A DNA stretch of 64,000 bases. Source: an uncultured bacterium. GTDB lineage: Bacteria > Patescibacteriota > Minisyncoccia > UBA6257 > 2-01-FULL-56-20. Location: NCBI GenBank assembly GCA_963719425.1, contig OY970382.1, positions 7,888 to 71,887 on the forward strand, in the 5' to 3' direction. Shown piece after piece: positions 46,669 to 56,133 of this stretch. The notes beneath the pieces are model-generated. The model saw nothing but the letters and a program-made list of their open reading frames with translations, was not told where the DNA came from and did no database searches. The position numbers and the translations under genes are program-made. Within the stretch, counting starts at the first letter, position 1, and each line of letters starts with the position of its first letter.

Positions 46669-47943
46669 ATGTTGGATATCAAATTTATCCGCGAGAACGC
46701 AGAGCTCCTGAAGGACGTTGCGGCAAAAAAGAATTTGGATCCGAAGGTGATTGACGAGCTTCTCCGCGTGGACAAGGCGCGGCGGGAGCGCATCCAGGCC
46801 GCCGAGGGATTGCGCGCGAAGCAGAAAACAACAAAAGACCGCGAGGAGGCAAGGAAGTTGAAGGCGCAGTTCAAGAGCGAAGAGGAGGAACTAAAGACGC
46901 GAGAGCGGGAGTTTAATGAACTGATGGCGCTCGTGCCGAATATTATTTCGCCCGACACGCCGATCGGGAAGAGCGGCGAGGACAATCCCGAGATCTATCG
47001 CTGGGGGAAGCAAAGGGAATTTGATTTCACGCCAAAAGACCACATAGAGCTCGGCACGTCGTTGGATATTCTGGATTTTGAGCGGGGGACAAAAGTCGCG
47101 GGCTTTCGCGGCTATTACGTGAAGAACGACGGGGCGCTTTTGACCATGGGCATCATGATGTACGCCCTGCATAAGATGGTGGAAAAGGGATACAAGCCGA
47201 TGATCCCGCCGACGCTCGTGAAGGGCTTCGCGCTCTTCGGCAGCGGCTATTTCAAAGGATTTGAGTACGATCCGGCGGTTGATGAGATTTATCAGATAGC
47301 AACCTCGGACAGGGAAGCGAGCGGGGAATTGAGCCGCGAGAAGAAATTCCTCGTGGGGACTGCGGAGCCGTCGCTCCTCGCATACTTTGCCGACGAGACG
47401 CTCAAGGCGGAAGATCTGCCGATCAAAGTGTGCGGGTATAGCCAGTGCTATCGGAGCGAGATAGGCAGCTACGGAAAGGACGTGAAGGGGATGTACCGGG
47501 TCCATGAATTTATGAAAGTGGAACAGGTGGTGGTCGCCGAAGCCGACATTCCAAAAGCGAACAAGCTTCAGGACGAGATGACGACGATTTCCGGCGAGAT
47601 GCACGAAGAGCTCGGACTGCCCTATCGGCGCATACAGCTCTGCTCGGGCGACATGAGCCCGGGGAAATATCGCGCATTTGATCTGGAAGCATGGCTTCCC
47701 GCGAGCAAGCGCTGGGCGGAAACCGGTTCGGCGAGCGATTTTCTGGACTGGCAGGCGCGCCGGTTAAATGTGAAGTACGTCGACGCCGCGGGAAACAAAA
47801 AGTACGCGTACTTGCTCAACAACACGGCGCTTCCTAGTCCGCGGATTTTCATGGCAATCTTGGAAAATTATCAGACGAAAGACAGCAAGGTTGAGGTGCC
47901 GAAGGTGTTGCAGAAATACGTTGGAAAGAGCGTGATTGGATGA
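46669..47943 (+). CDS. serS: Serine--tRNA ligase
   Basis: N-terminal coiled coil MLDIKFIREN...; class II motifs. Alternative ATG at 46657. Confidence 0.85.
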   Translation: MLDIKFIRENAELLKDVAAKKNLDPKVIDELLRVDKARRERIQAAEGLRAKQKTTKDREEARKLKAQFKSEEEELKTREREFNELMALVPNIISPDTPIGKSGEDNPEIYRWGKQREFDFTPKDHIELGTSLDILDFERGTKVAGFRGYYVKNDGALLTMGIMMYALHKMVEKGYKPMIPPTLVKGFALFGSGYFKGFEYDPAVDEIYQIATSDREASGELSREKKFLVGTAEPSLLAYFADETLKAEDLPIKVCGYSQCYRSEIGSYGKDVKGMYRVHEFMKVEQVVVAEADIPKANKLQDEMTTISGEMHEELGLPYRRIQLCSGDMSPGKYRAFDLEAWLPASKRWAETGSASDFLDWQARRLNVKYVDAAGNKKYAYLLNNTALPSPRIFMAILENYQTKDSKVEVPKVLQKYVGKSVIG

Positions 47944-48776
47944 AGATCGGCGTATTTGATTCGGGCCTCGGCGGATTGTTCATCATGCGGGCTTTGGCGC
48001 GCGAACTTCCGCAATATGATTACGTTTATCTCGGCGACACGCAGCGGGTGCCGTACGGCAATCGCTCTCCCGAAACTGTACACCGTTTTTTGGAAGAGGC
48101 GGTGGGATATCTTTTCCGCGTGAAAAATTGCGGGCTTATTATCGTCGCATGCAACACGGCTTCCGCGGAGGCGCTTCGCAAAATCCAGCGGCAATATCTC
48201 CCCCGGCATTATCCCACGCGCAGGGTGCTCGGCGTGATCATCCCCACCGTGGAAGAGGCGCTCGCCCAGCACCATTTTTTGAAAGAAAATGGTGCTGGGC
48301 GAGCGGATCCACACGTAAAGCGGCTCGGCGTGCTCGCCACCGCGGGCACTGTCCGGTCGGGGACATATGTGCGCGAGGCGCGCAAGCTGAATCCGCGTGT
48401 GAAGGTTTTCCAAAACGCGGCGCCGTTGCTCGTTCCTTTGGTTGAAAACGACGGGCTGCGTTGGGCGGGACCGATTGTACACGCGTATCTCGCGCCGCTC
48501 ACGCGGAAAAAAGTAGAAAAGATCGTTTTAGGATGCACGCATTATCCGGCTCTCAAAAAAATGATCCAAAAGATAGCCGGCGTTCCTGTGATTTCCCAGG
48601 ACGAACTCATTCCGCGCAAGCTAAAAGATTATTTAAGACGCCATCCCGAGATAGATTCGCAGCTCGGCAAAAAGCGCAAAAGGGAACTCCTCGTTACCGA
48701 TATCACGCCGGCGTATGTGCGGTTGTCCCGCAAGTGGTTTGGGAAAGCCGCAAAACTGAAGCGTGTTGCGTTGTGA
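47940..48776 (+). CDS. murI: Glutamate racemase
   Basis: IGVFDSGLGGL; ACNTAS; GCTHYP motifs. Confidence 0.85.
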   Translation: MKIGVFDSGLGGLFIMRALARELPQYDYVYLGDTQRVPYGNRSPETVHRFLEEAVGYLFRVKNCGLIIVACNTASAEALRKIQRQYLPRHYPTRRVLGVIIPTVEEALAQHHFLKENGAGRADPHVKRLGVLATAGTVRSGTYVREARKLNPRVKVFQNAAPLLVPLVENDGLRWAGPIVHAYLAPLTRKKVEKIVLGCTHYPALKKMIQKIAGVPVISQDELIPRKLKDYLRRHPEIDSQLGKKRKRELLVTDITPAYVRLSRKWFGKAAKLKRVAL

Positions 48777-48864
48777 GATAAAACTCACCCGTCTGGATCA
48801 ATGGTTATGCGCGCGGGTATCGGGGGACGATAGGAAATGAGCTATAATCTACGTATCTGGAGAT

Positions 48865-49692
48865 ATGCCCGGCATGTACAAGTATGGTAGGGTGGTCGCA
48901 TTCTGCGCCACGGTATGCTGGCTGTTATTCATGTTCTCCGCCTTCCGGGGATTCCACTTTTGGTACGCGGGGTTTGTTTTCTTCTTCTGGTTGGCGCTCG
49001 CCTCGCTCAATTATCGGCATGATACGAGCTTATGGCTTTTCAGAAATAAATTCCGCTCATTTTTCTTTTTCTATCTTCAGATTGTCGTTCTTACCTTTTT
49101 CGTTGATTTTATCATTGGACAGCGGCTCACGGGTTTCTGGAGTTATCCATATTACAATTCAGTGTGGGATTGGCTAAGGTTGCTCCTCGTTATTTATCCT
49201 TTCGGCGGTCTCGCGGTTTTAGAGCTGGTTTATTTCCTCGCCGCGCTTTTTGGTGAGCGATTTCATTTCATCAGCAGACAGAAGACAACTGTGCACCGCG
49301 TGGTAGATGCGGTTGATATCCTTTGGGTTTATCTTCTTTACTTTCTTATCTTTACCTCGCCACTCCTTCTCCTTGTCAATGTTGGCCTTGGCTACAGAGT
49401 TTTCATGTTCGTAGTAGCCCTTGGTTGGCCGGTCGTTGCCACCATTAAGTTCTGGTACCATATTGCCCATTGGCTGCATTGGGTTCTGATTCTCGTTGCT
49501 ACCGCACTTCTTTCGGTTATGCTTCACGAATTTCCCAATGTCGGCGTTTTTGAGTGGAAATATCAGAACCTGCCGGTGCTTAACCAAAGCATCTTAGGGA
49601 TTCCCCTCGGCGTCATCTTTGGCTGGTATGTGCTTGTGATCGGTGTATTTCGGATCTGGCTCTACTTTGCGGTTGGGAAGAGACAGGATTGA
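48865..49692 (+). CDS. Hypothetical polytopic membrane protein (Trp/Phe/Tyr-rich)
   Basis: 7-8 predicted TM helices; no confident family. Confidence 0.5.
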   Translation: MPGMYKYGRVVAFCATVCWLLFMFSAFRGFHFWYAGFVFFFWLALASLNYRHDTSLWLFRNKFRSFFFFYLQIVVLTFFVDFIIGQRLTGFWSYPYYNSVWDWLRLLLVIYPFGGLAVLELVYFLAALFGERFHFISRQKTTVHRVVDAVDILWVYLLYFLIFTSPLLLLVNVGLGYRVFMFVVALGWPVVATIKFWYHIAHWLHWVLILVATALLSVMLHEFPNVGVFEWKYQNLPVLNQSILGIPLGVIFGWYVLVIGVFRIWLYFAVGKRQD

Positions 49693-49744
49693 CCGTCTGG
49701 ATACCGCACCTTTGAGCAGCCAGTTGAATTCAGACTGGAATCCG

Positions 49745-50881
49745 CTACGGGTAGACGATTCTCCGTATCTGCGCGGGAAGACGGATGAATATTTCGTACG
49801 GGATCGTCCCGCAGAGCTTTGCCATGTTTTCTACGGAGTTCGGCGCGCCGCGCTCGGCGCTCACGACGAGCACTTCGTCGTCTATCTGTGGATAGGGAAC
49901 TCGCGAGACGTTAATGGAAGTCATGTTCATATTGATGCGGCCGACATAGGGGCAGGGGACGCCGGCTACGGTGGCCGTGCCGCGATTTGAAAGCCGGCGG
50001 TCAATGCCTTCCGCGTAGCCGACGGGGATCGTGGCAACAGTCATCGCGCGTTTGGCTTTGAAGGCCGCGTTGTAGCCGACGCTCTCGCTGGCCGCGATCT
50101 TTCGCACCGATGTGATGCATGTTTTCATTTCAAGTGCGGGCAGGAGGTCCATGGTACGGTCCAAGCTCGTGTTTATGCCATAGAGGCCGATGCCGAGGCG
50201 CATCATATTCGCGTCAATCTCGCGGGCGTAGCGGCTTCCGGCGGTGTTCGCCAGATGGAAAAAGCGCACACTCGCTGCCTCGCGGACCTCGCGTACGGCG
50301 GCATTCCATCGCTTGATCTGTATCTTTGTGAGCGCGGATTTCGGAGTGTCGGCGTCGGCAAGGTGGGAATACACTCCCTCAAACGTGATGTGTTTGCTAC
50401 GGCCCACGATGCAGAGCGCTTCTCCCAGTTCTTCAGGGAGGACGCCCTGTCGGTGCATGCCGGTGTCAATTTTAAGGTGAATGGTGATGGGATGCCGCTG
50501 CACGAGGGAGAGCCGCTGCAGTTCGGGGAGGCTTGTGACGCTGAATAACACGTTCTTCAACGTGCTCCGCAGAATGTTCGGGAGCGGCGTGTAGCCGAGG
50601 ATGAGCAGCGGCGTGCGCACGCCCTCGTTTCTCAAAATGAGCGCTTCCACGTACGAATCCACACACAGAAAGGGGAGCGATTGGTCGTCAAGAATCTTTG
50701 CAACCTGGACAAGGCCGTGGCCATACGCATTGCTTTTGAGCACAGGAGCGATTGCGACGCCCGGATTTGCCACCTGAAATTGCCGGAGGTTGTGGAGAAT
50801 CCGGTCGCGATAGATGACGATAATGATGAGCGGCTCATAGCGGAACCGCAGGCCTCTTAATTTGCGGAACAAAGCTCTCAT
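49745..50881 (-). CDS. alr: Alanine racemase
   Basis: PLP-binding motif VLKSNAYGHG; ~378 aa with a C-terminal beta domain. Confidence 0.8.
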   Translation of the reverse strand: MRALFRKLRGLRFRYEPLIIIVIYRDRILHNLRQFQVANPGVAIAPVLKSNAYGHGLVQVAKILDDQSLPFLCVDSYVEALILRNEGVRTPLLILGYTPLPNILRSTLKNVLFSVTSLPELQRLSLVQRHPITIHLKIDTGMHRQGVLPEELGEALCIVGRSKHITFEGVYSHLADADTPKSALTKIQIKRWNAAVREVREAASVRFFHLANTAGSRYAREIDANMMRLGIGLYGINTSLDRTMDLLPALEMKTCITSVRKIAASESVGYNAAFKAKRAMTVATIPVGYAEGIDRRLSNRGTATVAGVPCPYVGRINMNMTSINVSRVPYPQIDDEVLVVSAERGAPNSVENMAKLCGTIPYEIFIRLPAQIRRIVYP

Positions 50882-50908
50882 AGAGTGTTATTATCATTAT
50901 ATAGGCAT

Positions 50909-51769
50909 ATGGAACTTGGCGCATACCTCTCCGACAAACAGAAAAAGCGCAAAAGGCGACGGCGGTACGCATACGCCATTCTTGCGTGCGCATTCGTTTT
51001 TTTTCTTGCGCTCGGCACAGCATGGGTTGCGTTCCGTTCGCCGTGGCTTCGTATAAAAAACATCACAATCACGGGAAATAACGCGGTATCTTCCGACAGC
51101 GTGACGACGTTGCTCCAGTCAAGCGTGCTCCGCGACCATAATTTTTTGAAGTCACTCCTCGGCATCAACAATATGCTCATCTGGCCGAGCACGCTCGCAA
51201 CGAGCGACCTTGTATTCATCCCGCAGCTTGCGTCGGTCGCGCTCGCAAAGGATTATTTTTCGCGTACGGTTACTATAGAGGTGGCAGAGCGCGCGCCGTT
51301 CGGGATATGGTGCTTCGTCTCCGGCATTTCCGGATCGCTCGCGCCCGCGGCGGTCGCATCTGGCACCGCGGCATTGGGAAACGAGAACTGTTATTGGTTT
51401 GATAGCCAGGGAGTTCTTTTTGCGAGGACGTTTGATACGCAGGGGAGCTTGATGTTCGCCATCCACGATTATTCCCAAAGCGGCCGCGGTCTCAATAACA
51501 AGGTCCTGCCGGACGAGTTCGTGCCGAATTTTGTCTCCATCATGAACGTGATTCGGGCGAGCGGCGTGCAGGTGGACGACGTGGCGCTCAAAGACATCGG
51601 CCTCCAGGAAATTGACGTCGCGACCTACGACGGCCCCACGCTCCATTTCAGTTTGCGCTTTCCGGCGGACGAAGACCTCGCGGTGCTCCAAAGCTTGATG
51701 GCAAAACCCGGCTTTGATAATTTAGCGTACATTGACTTCACGGTGGAGAACCGCGCGTATTATAAATGA
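50909..51769 (+). CDS. ftsQ: FtsQ/DivIB-like cell division protein (POTRA domain)
   Basis: Basic N-terminus, one TM (AILACAFVFFLALGTAWVAF), IKNITITGN POTRA start. Alternative GTG start at 50885. Confidence 0.6.
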   Translation: MELGAYLSDKQKKRKRRRRYAYAILACAFVFFLALGTAWVAFRSPWLRIKNITITGNNAVSSDSVTTLLQSSVLRDHNFLKSLLGINNMLIWPSTLATSDLVFIPQLASVALAKDYFSRTVTIEVAERAPFGIWCFVSGISGSLAPAAVASGTAALGNENCYWFDSQGVLFARTFDTQGSLMFAIHDYSQSGRGLNNKVLPDEFVPNFVSIMNVIRASGVQVDDVALKDIGLQEIDVATYDGPTLHFSLRFPADEDLAVLQSLMAKPGFDNLAYIDFTVENRAYYK

Positions 51770-51906
51770 GCTCATAATCCTCCTGTCTTCGGTGAGAACC
51801 AAGCACGTTTTTAAAAGTTGTTCGAATCCAGTTATGGAAAGATTTGCATGAGACGAAACCAAAGGTGAATTTTCTTTGGGAAAATCGGAAAAACTAAATC
51901 AACTTC

Positions 51907-53877
51907 TTATTGAAGATGGTAAATGAAGATTGAGGTACCGGCACGGAAGTCCGGGGCGGGGACGCTGCCCATACCGGACGCAGGAGGCCGTAGTGCCATG
52001 AGCCACGAATAGGTGTCGGAGGCGTTACGGGTTTGGTTAGGAGCGAGCGGCTGAATCGCGCCTTCAAGCGTATTTACGGAAATGGCGAGCCAGTGGATGC
52101 CCTGATCCGCGGGATTGCCCTTAGAGGAGGACCAATCCACTTCCTTGTTCCCCAAGTAATAGTGCGGGTTTCCGCCGCCGAAGTAGTCCACGGCAATCTT
52201 GTCCACTTCGGGATGCGCGGTAACCCATGTCTGCAATCGCAAAAGATCTTGCCCCCAATCGTAGTTTGAGTCGGTCACGTAGTGATAGCCGTTCCAAATG
52301 CCGCCACCGAGTTCGTTGAAATAGGAAAGGAAATATGGCGCAGCGAAAAGGGTTTCAAGGAAAAGCCAAACAACCAAAACGATAAGGATCAAATATTTGA
52401 TGCTTGCTCGCGCAAAGGATTTTGCCGCGGCACCGATGGATGCGCCGATTGAGGTGAGCGTCGCGTTGCCCGAGGGCGGGAAGCGGAAAGTGATATTCGT
52501 GATCCACTTTTTCCAGACGCCGGCGGCAAGGATATAGATGAAAGGAAGCGTGGGCATCAAATGGCGGAAGCCGATATTCAACGGGCTTTGCATGCTGTAG
52601 CCCCAATAGAGTACGATGAACGACACCATGGCGAATTCCGGAAGGTTCACGCCGATGTAATCCAAAATGCGTTGCCCCCGGCGTCGGCCAAGGTACGAAT
52701 CGCGCTTGATCATCCACCAGACGGCGAGCACGAGTGCCACGAGCACAATAATGAGCGTGGGGATGGGCTCTTTAAGGAGGAAGAGGAGAGGGAAATATTC
52801 TGGGCCGCCGGCACCGCGCACTTCGCCCCGGAAGTAGATAGTATTGCCGCCGGCGGATCGTTGGAACACCATAAGGATCCCAAGCATATATTGCGCGAGC
52901 GGCCGCAGTACGGGACTTTTGGCCATCCAGATATCAAGGTCGGCAAGACAGCGCAAGCCTGCGCAGTGCGCGCCCGCGGGCGTGGGACCGTTTGCGAAAG
53001 AACCAAGAATGAACTGCGTATCGGAGACTTGTTTTGCGATGGGATAATTGACAGTGAAAAGGAAATAGATCGGGTAGACGATGAACACGTAGCCGATCGC
53101 GAAGATGAGAATAAGGTGCCACAGCCACCGGAGATCACGCATAAGAAATGTTTTGAAACGCCGTGACTGCTCCATTGTGCCGTGTTCGGTGATGACGTTG
53201 CGGAGCCAGAGCACGAAGGCAAGAAAAATGAATAGCGGCACGAGGAACGGCGTGGAGAATTTCGTGATCTGCGCGACGCCGAAAGAAAGGCCGGCGTACC
53301 AAAGATGTTTCGTGGATGGTGATTCCACGAACTTCAAAAAGTAGTACGTGGCGAAGATAACGCCAAAGGCGGCGCCGACGTCCGTCGTCACGTAGTGTCC
53401 GTGCGCAAGGACAGTGGGATCAAGTCCGAAGAGTGCTGCGGGCAGAAGCGCCCACCAGTTGCCCATGAGTCCGCGCGCGAGAAGATAGATAAAGAGTATG
53501 ACGAGAAGCGTGATCAAAATCGGGATAATGCGCGCGGTTTGGATGATCGTGTTCGCATCATTGCCCATTTGATAGAGGAATTGCGCGCCGACATCCCATT
53601 GCGCGTTCACCTGATTCTGCCATGCGTCGCTTTGGACCGGGAAGGTGGGGTTTAAGAAAAGCGTGGGCAACATCGCGAGCGCCTTTATGAGCGGCGGATG
53701 CTCGGGATTCAGGCGGTAGTCAAGATTGTGCACGTAGCCGTAGCCTGCCGGAATGTGCGCGAGCTCGTCCATAATAGCCGAGTCGGTGCGCGAGGCCCAC
53801 AACATGAGCGAGAAAGAAGCGAGGCAAACGAGGGCGAGCGTCCACCACGCAAGACAAGAAGAAGTTTTCTTGAACAT
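51907..53877 (-). CDS. GT-C fold glycosyltransferase (ArnT/PMT-like family 39/83)
   Basis: N-terminal TM plus DELAH.PAGY motif (DE..H of the PMT/ArnT family); about 12 TM segments; 656 aa. Confidence 0.5.
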   Translation of the reverse strand: MFKKTSSCLAWWTLALVCLASFSLMLWASRTDSAIMDELAHIPAGYGYVHNLDYRLNPEHPPLIKALAMLPTLFLNPTFPVQSDAWQNQVNAQWDVGAQFLYQMGNDANTIIQTARIIPILITLLVILFIYLLARGLMGNWWALLPAALFGLDPTVLAHGHYVTTDVGAAFGVIFATYYFLKFVESPSTKHLWYAGLSFGVAQITKFSTPFLVPLFIFLAFVLWLRNVITEHGTMEQSRRFKTFLMRDLRWLWHLILIFAIGYVFIVYPIYFLFTVNYPIAKQVSDTQFILGSFANGPTPAGAHCAGLRCLADLDIWMAKSPVLRPLAQYMLGILMVFQRSAGGNTIYFRGEVRGAGGPEYFPLLFLLKEPIPTLIIVLVALVLAVWWMIKRDSYLGRRRGQRILDYIGVNLPEFAMVSFIVLYWGYSMQSPLNIGFRHLMPTLPFIYILAAGVWKKWITNITFRFPPSGNATLTSIGASIGAAAKSFARASIKYLILIVLVVWLFLETLFAAPYFLSYFNELGGGIWNGYHYVTDSNYDWGQDLLRLQTWVTAHPEVDKIAVDYFGGGNPHYYLGNKEVDWSSSKGNPADQGIHWLAISVNTLEGAIQPLAPNQTRNASDTYSWLMALRPPASGMGSVPAPDFRAGTSIFIYHLQ

Positions 53878-53896
53878 TGCTTATATTATAGCGTAG

Positions 53897-54059
53897 AACC
53901 CATCTCACATGTAGGATATTTGTCTCTTCCGGCCAGTTTCGGCTACGAAAAGCGAATTCCTCCTTGAAATACCAATAGGTATTCCTTCGTCGGAATTCGC
54001 TATTCTCGCACGAAACTGGCTCGGAACATACAAACACCTACATGTGAGATGGGTTCCAA
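53897..54059. repeat. 163-bp palindrome with perfect 20-bp terminal inverted repeats (GAACCCATCTCACATGTAGG) in a divergent intergenic region
   Basis: Additional nested perfect blocks (GCCAGTTTCG, AGCGAATTCC, GAARAATACC) placed symmetrically. Confidence 0.65.
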
Positions 54060-54082
54060 AGAGATGATGGTACAATACAATT

Positions 54083-56110
54083 ATGCCAGATATCGTTCCG
54101 CCGCCGCGCAAAGACGAGGAAATTCGTCCCAGCGACCTTGTGAAAGTTATCAAACAGGAACCTAAAGACGAGGCGTTGGAGAAAGAAAGTCTGCTGCCCC
54201 GCAGGCCTCGCCTCCCCAAAGGTATCGTATGGGGGATTGCGGGGCTTGTCGTGCTTTTTGTTGGCGGCTCAATTGTTTCTTTTTACCTCATCCGCGCCAA
54301 GGTGGCCTCTTCGTTTTCCACAAGCCTTGGGACGCTTCGCTTGGGAGTGGAAGATCTTCAAAATTTTGATCCCCAGTCTGCCGCACAGAAATTTTCTTCT
54401 TTGCGGGATCTTCCCTCGGGCAATCTTGGCGCCGCAGTGAAAACATTCGGGTCTCTTTTGGGGGGAGGAGGCGGCGCCATCACGTCGCTCGTCAATCTTT
54501 CCAATCAGCTCACGCTTTTTGCGCAAGAGGTGAGCGACGTGGCGTCAAGCTCGTACGGGTTTTTTACGACCGGTGAGGGAGGGCCTTTCGTTGCTGACCT
54601 TGGCCGTATACGCGATACGTTAGGTACGATTGATGCCGCAAGCGATCAACTAACGGGCACGGCATCGTTGTTCGGAGGGCTTTCCTCGTTCGGGGGCAAC
54701 GATTTTTATCTTTCGCTCAAGACGCAGGTTGAGAGTGCAAAGAACGCGCTGGACGTTCTTTTGCCTTGGCTCTCCGATCCGCGTCCCCATCATTTCCTTG
54801 TGCTTTTGGAAAATCCTTCGGAGATGCGTCCCGCGGGAGGATTTCTTGGAAGCTATGCGGATGTTACGATTGCGAGCGGCACCATAACCGACATCGCCGT
54901 TCATGATATTGCGGACGTTGACGCGGCATTCAATCGCAACATTATTCCTCCGAAGCCGCTGCAGCTTGAGGTGACAAGATGGCGGCCGGCAGATGCGAAC
55001 TGGTTTTTTGATTTCCCCACCTCTGCCTCAAAAACCATCGCTTTTTTTGAGGGATCGGCCCTTTACGCAAATACTTCCACGACGTTTGATGGCGCCGTTG
55101 CGATCTCGCCGAAGGTGATCGGGGATCTCTTGGCCGTCACGGGTCCGATTGTGACCGGGAAACCGACGACGACCTTCACGGCGGATAATTTCCTCATTCA
55201 GGTTCAAAAGATCGTTCAAAGCGGTCAGTCGTCGTCCGCCACCTATCCCAAGCAGGTCATCGGCGATCTTTCAAAAGCGATTTTCGCAGCGCTTGCTTCT
55301 TCAACTGCGGATGGGCACGATGCCTTGTTCGCTGCGGCGCTTGATTGGATAACAAAGAAAGACGTGATGGTGTATTTCAAAGATCCGGCGATGGAAGCCG
55401 TTGCGGACGCGAACGGCGCTTCGGGTGCGGTGTATGCACTGCCACAGAAATTCAACGGCGATTACCTTGCGGTCGTGGATGCAAACATAAACGGTGGGAA
55501 ATCGGACTTATATGTTTCAAGCACGGTCACCTATACTGCGCAAATCAATCCGGACGGCACGATGACAGGACACCTTGTCGTAACGCGGAAGCACAACGGT
55601 GTGAAAAGCCCGTATTCATGGTACCGGGCGACGAACCAGGATTACGTGCAGATTTTCGTTCCTGAGGGCACGACGCTCGCGAATGTTTCCGGCACCGTTT
55701 TGAAGAAAATTACGCCGCCGATCAACTACGCAAAAAAGGGGTACGAAGCCGATCCCACCGTTTCTACGATTGAATCAACGGAGCAGACTCTCTTTGCGTA
55801 TCCGGGCGTCGCGTGGCACGAGGAGTCCGGGAAGAAAGTGTTTACGACGTGGTCCGTCGTGAAGGCAGGGGCTTCCACGCAGTTCTCACTTGACTACGCG
55901 CACTCTTTGCCCCTTCCTCCCGCGGAGGGCGTGGCATACCAGTTTGTTTTTGAAAAACAGGCGGGCACGCATAGATCGTATGAGTATGATGTTGACGCGC
56001 CGCTTGGCTATGTCTTTGTTGAAAACGGCGGCCTTGCGACGTATTCGTATCAGTCCGGCGATCCGCCCGGGCGGCTCATCTTCAATTTGACGTTGCAGAA
56101 ACTTCAATAG
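54083..56110 (+). CDS. Membrane-anchored DUF4012-like protein
   Basis: N-terminal TM; motif LLENPSEMRPAGGFLGSYADVTI resembling the DUF4012 RxTGGF signature (from memory, not searched). Confidence 0.5.
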   Translation: MPDIVPPPRKDEEIRPSDLVKVIKQEPKDEALEKESLLPRRPRLPKGIVWGIAGLVVLFVGGSIVSFYLIRAKVASSFSTSLGTLRLGVEDLQNFDPQSAAQKFSSLRDLPSGNLGAAVKTFGSLLGGGGGAITSLVNLSNQLTLFAQEVSDVASSSYGFFTTGEGGPFVADLGRIRDTLGTIDAASDQLTGTASLFGGLSSFGGNDFYLSLKTQVESAKNALDVLLPWLSDPRPHHFLVLLENPSEMRPAGGFLGSYADVTIASGTITDIAVHDIADVDAAFNRNIIPPKPLQLEVTRWRPADANWFFDFPTSASKTIAFFEGSALYANTSTTFDGAVAISPKVIGDLLAVTGPIVTGKPTTTFTADNFLIQVQKIVQSGQSSSATYPKQVIGDLSKAIFAALASSTADGHDALFAAALDWITKKDVMVYFKDPAMEAVADANGASGAVYALPQKFNGDYLAVVDANINGGKSDLYVSSTVTYTAQINPDGTMTGHLVVTRKHNGVKSPYSWYRATNQDYVQIFVPEGTTLANVSGTVLKKITPPINYAKKGYEADPTVSTIESTEQTLFAYPGVAWHEESGKKVFTTWSVVKAGASTQFSLDYAHSLPLPPAEGVAYQFVFEKQAGTHRSYEYDVDAPLGYVFVENGGLATYSYQSGDPPGRLIFNLTLQKLQ

Positions 56111-56133
56111 GGAAACCGCGATGGCATAAATCT

